A DNA stretch of 45,662 nt from Clostridia bacterium (lineage in GTDB: Bacteria > Bacillota > Clostridia > DUPQ01), in contig JBAZFL010000003.1 in NCBI GenBank assembly GCA_041653455.1, positions 1 through 45,662 on the forward strand. Direction: 5' to 3'. The notes under the pieces were generated by a model. The model made no database searches and had not been told where the DNA came from. It was given only the letters and a program-made list of their open reading frames with translations. This document shows positions 43,938 through 45,662 of the stretch, one piece after another; within the stretch, counting starts at the first letter, position 1, and each line of letters starts with the position of its first letter. A program made the position numbers and the translations under genes.

Positions 43938-44148
43938 ATATGAAAAGGTGACTTTTATCACGGATTTAATTCGTAACGTGCAAGGTGACATTTTGAAAAA
44001 AGTTGATAAACTGCCCGAAGATTGGGATGGTTGGGAATTAAGGCAATTAGTTGCTGACTATTTTACAAATGCGGCATTTTTTACCGATAACGATAAAAGA
44101 CGCAAAAAAGAATATAAAAACACGGTTTTAGTAAATAACCTCATTTAA
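43930..44148 (+). CDS. Hypothetical small protein (72 aa)
   Basis: An internal ATG is preceded by gggagggaagg. Confidence 0.55.
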   Translation: MNKYEKVTFITDLIRNVQGDILKKVDKLPEDWDGWELRQLVADYFTNAAFFTDNDKRRKKEYKNTVLVNNLI

Positions 44149-44153
44149 CCCAC

Positions 44154-44184
44154 AGCCCGGAGCGATCCGGGCTTTACTTTTTTA
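44154..44184 (+). terminator. Rho-independent terminator between convergent operons
   Basis: agcccgg (44154-60) / ccgggct (44167-73) with a 6-nt loop, followed by ttacttttttatt. Lies exactly between the stops at 44148 and 44174. Confidence 0.75.
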
Positions 44185-44518
44185 TTGCCTGTTTAATCTG
44201 CTCGATGCCCTCGGAGATTTTCCGGCATATTACCGATTGCGAAGTTTTGGCATAGCTCGCAATCTCATTTTGAGATGCGCCTAACAGGTAATAGGCCATG
44301 ACTGGTATTGACAAATCAAGACGGATAGTTTTTAAAATGGCAAAAATATCTTCTGTCCGTAAATCCGCTAAATTTTCCAGAATAATATCGGGTACAGCCT
44401 CATATTTAATGGTTTGCCGTTTACCGGAATCGCGCTGAAACTCAAGATACTGCTTACAGTTCAGGCATTGCGGCGTTCCGCGTCCTCGATTGTATTTTGA
44501 GCAATTTGAACAATTCAT
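44174..44518 (-). CDS. Zinc-ribbon + sigma-70 region-4-like HTH protein (phage transcription factor candidate)
   Basis: The ATG at 44516-44518 is preceded by aaggagc. CSNC...CLNC N-terminus. LSIPVMAYYLLGASQNEIASYAKTSQSVICRKISEGIEQIKQAI looks like sigma region 4 / LuxR-type HTH. Confidence 0.55.
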   Translation of the reverse strand: MNCSNCSKYNRGRGTPQCLNCKQYLEFQRDSGKRQTIKYEAVPDIILENLADLRTEDIFAILKTIRLDLSIPVMAYYLLGASQNEIASYAKTSQSVICRKISEGIEQIKQAIKK

Positions 44519-44585
44519 TTTTTGCGCTCCTTGAAAAAGCAGTAAATAAACATCAAAAATATTGCAGCGGCGAACAGGTCGAGCA

Positions 44586-44936
44586 TTATTCAAAAACCTT
44601 CCCAGCCAAGTTTTTCTCTCTCGTAATCCAAGTTATTGCGGCCTTTTTCTCAATCAACAAATGCTGCGCCTGTTCGCAAAGCGGCTTTAAACGCGGTTCC
44701 TTAACCTTGTAGCGGCCCGAAATCTGATTGACCACTAAGAGGCTGTCAGTGCAAACCTCATCACCGGCTGAGCAAAGTTTTAAAGCGGCGATCACGCCGC
44801 GATATTCTTCTTCGTTGTTTGTTTTGTCATTCGGCGCATAGCTTGTCTCAGATTTTAAAATATTACCTATCGCACTGGTTACGCAATAGGCAGACTTAAC
44901 CCCTATTGTGCTACTACCATCACAGTAAAATTTCAT
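44586..44936 (-). CDS. RNase H-like protein
   Basis: FYCDGSS (DG), NNEEEYRGVIAAL (E), VCTDSLLVVNQI (D) and a C-terminal REKNLAG, in RNase HI order. Confidence 0.65.
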   Translation of the reverse strand: MKFYCDGSSTIGVKSAYCVTSAIGNILKSETSYAPNDKTNNEEEYRGVIAALKLCSAGDEVCTDSLLVVNQISGRYKVKEPRLKPLCEQAQHLLIEKKAAITWITREKNLAGKVFE

Positions 44937-44939
44937 TGC

Positions 44940-45221
44940 TCACCTCAATTTCCTGATTGATTTTATAAATCCTTTACCCACATTAATTGGCCGCAAATAG
45001 CTCTTGCTTTCGCACTCGTCCGCTTCCATATCGCCAACCAGATTTATAAAACTCTCGTCCTCAGAAATATAAATGCCGATTGAGCGGACTTTGCTACCTG
45101 CATTTTTAACCCACTCTTGATGCTCTGCCTCAGTCATCCAGCCTGGCTGAAGGGGAATGTTTGTATCTTCCCAAATGATTTCTACAAGGTCATATTTTTT
45201 TAGTTTTGGTTTCATATTCAC
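44940..45221 (-). CDS. Hypothetical protein (93 aa)
   Basis: Track ORF in operon context. No motif recognised. Confidence 0.5.
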   Translation of the reverse strand: MNMKPKLKKYDLVEIIWEDTNIPLQPGWMTEAEHQEWVKNAGSKVRSIGIYISEDESFINLVGDMEADECESKSYLRPINVGKGFIKSIRKLR

Positions 45222-45324
45222 CTCAGCTATTTAAAATTTCAATAACCAGCAAGCCATCGGAAAATTATCCGTTTTATTTCCTGCCGCCAAATCCAAAACT
45301 TAAGCCGTAACCGTTTTATCGTTT

Positions 45325-45555
45325 TCATTGTTTCTCCATTTTCTCGGCTATGAGCAAATCCGCGTAATGCTTAATTTTAATCATATCAATAGGATTAAGC
45401 TCTTTATCCGCATTACGGGTGGCATATTTTATGATTGAGGATAGCGCAAAAGGTTTAAAAATGCCCTTTGCCTTATACAAATCTATTGGTTCAACTGTTC
45501 CCGTTTTGTAGTGTTCGCTACCTTCGTTTTTTAATTCTTCCCATGTCTTAAACAT
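45325..45555 (-). CDS. DUF3310-like protein
   Basis: HYKTGTVEPIDLY...SSIIKYATR...IKIKHYADLL fits the DUF3310 pattern. The ATG at 45553-45555 is preceded by aaggagggg. This start lies inside the terminal overlap. Confidence 0.65.
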   Translation of the reverse strand: MFKTWEELKNEGSEHYKTGTVEPIDLYKAKGIFKPFALSSIIKYATRNADKELNPIDMIKIKHYADLLIAEKMEKQ

Positions 45556-45662
45556 TTCCCCTCCTTGCCGTTTATTTGTCCGATGTTTTGTCATAATTAT
45601 GTGTTTGTTTTTGTGTCATATCTTCCCGCCAAACGCCGCGAAAATGTCCTTTAAAATGTCCG
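45536..45662. repeat. Contig-end overlap, copy 2 (identical to 1..127)
   Basis: Read directly. Confidence 0.95.

Noticed and set aside
832-44712. Many 60-118 aa track ORFs lie antisense to, or out of frame within, longer well-supported genes. Examples: 832..1062, 2616..2894, 2764..2988, 3102..3293, 3367..3612, 3458..3724, 5081..5284, 5339..5536, 5759..6052, 7163..7372, 8521..8709, 8910..9219, 9695..9936, 11198..11413, 12825..13152, 13659..13859, 14715..14906, 15430..15767, 17102..17338, 17685..17936, 18327..18808, 19129..19311, 19614..19808, 20141..21016, 21644..21850, 21980..22294, 22699..23159, 23724..23909, 26516..26845, 30334..31056, 31300..31509, 32019..32339, 32645..32854, 33233..34246, 34815..35326, 35731..36713, 38729..39161, 42592..42777, 43389..43595, 44497..44712.
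   Set aside because: They are fully embedded in longer ORFs that have SDs, operon coupling and recognisable motifs. They have no SD of their own and low-complexity or odd composition. I treat them as shadow ORFs.
45239-45328. 29-aa basic micro-ORF (MKTIKRLRLKFWIWRQEIKR...) ATGA-coupled to the DUF3310 gene.
   Set aside because: It is too short and compositionally biased to support without conservation data. The region may simply be an untranslated spacer.
45536-45662. The end repeat considered as genuine T7-like direct terminal repeats.
   Set aside because: The repeat boundary falls inside a CDS and its SD. Its length equals a typical assembler k-mer. The operon reads continuously across the junction. 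Assembly circularisation is the simpler explanation, though only read-terminus analysis can settle it.
1-45662. tRNA, tmRNA and rRNA genes.
   Set aside because: I scanned the intergenic gaps (266-426, 5978-6637, 10572-10717, 40053-40370, 40806-41395, 45222-45324) for T-loop-like GGTTCGAAT/GTTCAAAT motifs and cloverleaf-sized palindromes and found none. A tRNAscan/Aragorn run would be definitive.
1-45662. Lysogeny module, diversity-generating retroelement, retron, or invertible fibre segment.
   Set aside because: I did not recognise an integrase/recombinase, reverse transcriptase or Cin/Gin-type invertase motif in any ORF. The RHH and HTH proteins alone are not evidence of a repressor switch.

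Overview
This window is a complete, closed genome of a tailed dsDNA phage (Caudoviricetes). Bases 1-127 are identical to 45536-45662, so the unique length is 45,535 bp. No tape-measure, sheath or tail-tube genes are recognisable. The order TerL, portal, scaffold, major capsid, large tail proteins, internal-protein-like ORFs, fibres, lysis looks podovirus-like.

Four transcription blocks are visible:
- A minus-strand late operon (40805 down to 11410) carries a TerS-like HTH protein, TerL, portal, scaffold, HK97-like capsid, an embedded glycosyltransferase cassette, tail and fibre genes, and a lysis cassette with an M15 peptidase.
- A plus-strand operon (41396-44148) holds about 11 very small ORFs. 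It sits behind three predicted sigma70-type promoters in a 590-bp AT-rich region and ends at a clear intrinsic terminator.
- A minus-strand replication/DNA-metabolism operon runs from 5977 down through the contig junction to 44174. It encodes a DnaJ-type zinc-finger protein, a beta-class DNA methyltransferase, a RusA-like resolvase, a split T5orf172/GIY-YIG-like gene, a DUF1376 replication protein, a metallophosphoesterase, a DUF3310 protein, an RNase H-like protein and a sigma region-4-like protein.
- A plus-strand recombination block (6638-10571) encodes a PD-(D/E)XK exonuclease and a Sak4-like ATPase. It is followed by a free-standing HNH endonuclease.

I did not see a tRNA, rRNA, CRISPR array, integrase, reverse transcriptase, DNA polymerase, primase or replicative helicase.

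Most interesting observations:
1. A fused GT-A/GT9 glycosyltransferase plus a CstII/DUF115-like ORF are translationally coupled inside the capsid-tail operon. This is a candidate virion (or host surface) glycosylation module.
2. Three consecutive large fibre/depolymerase-like proteins carry Sec-type signal peptides.
3. A T5orf172-like gene is split by a 27-bp x 3 tandem repeat ending in an in-frame TAA-ATG junction, next to the replication gene.
4. A roughly 660-nt divergent intergenic region has hairpins, complementary repeat motifs and open frames on both strands.
5. The small-ORF operon has an acr/aca-like layout.
6. A G9-T-G7 tract lies in a 318-nt non-coding gap upstream of the terminase genes.

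All functional calls come from motifs read by eye in the supplied translations. No database search was run.
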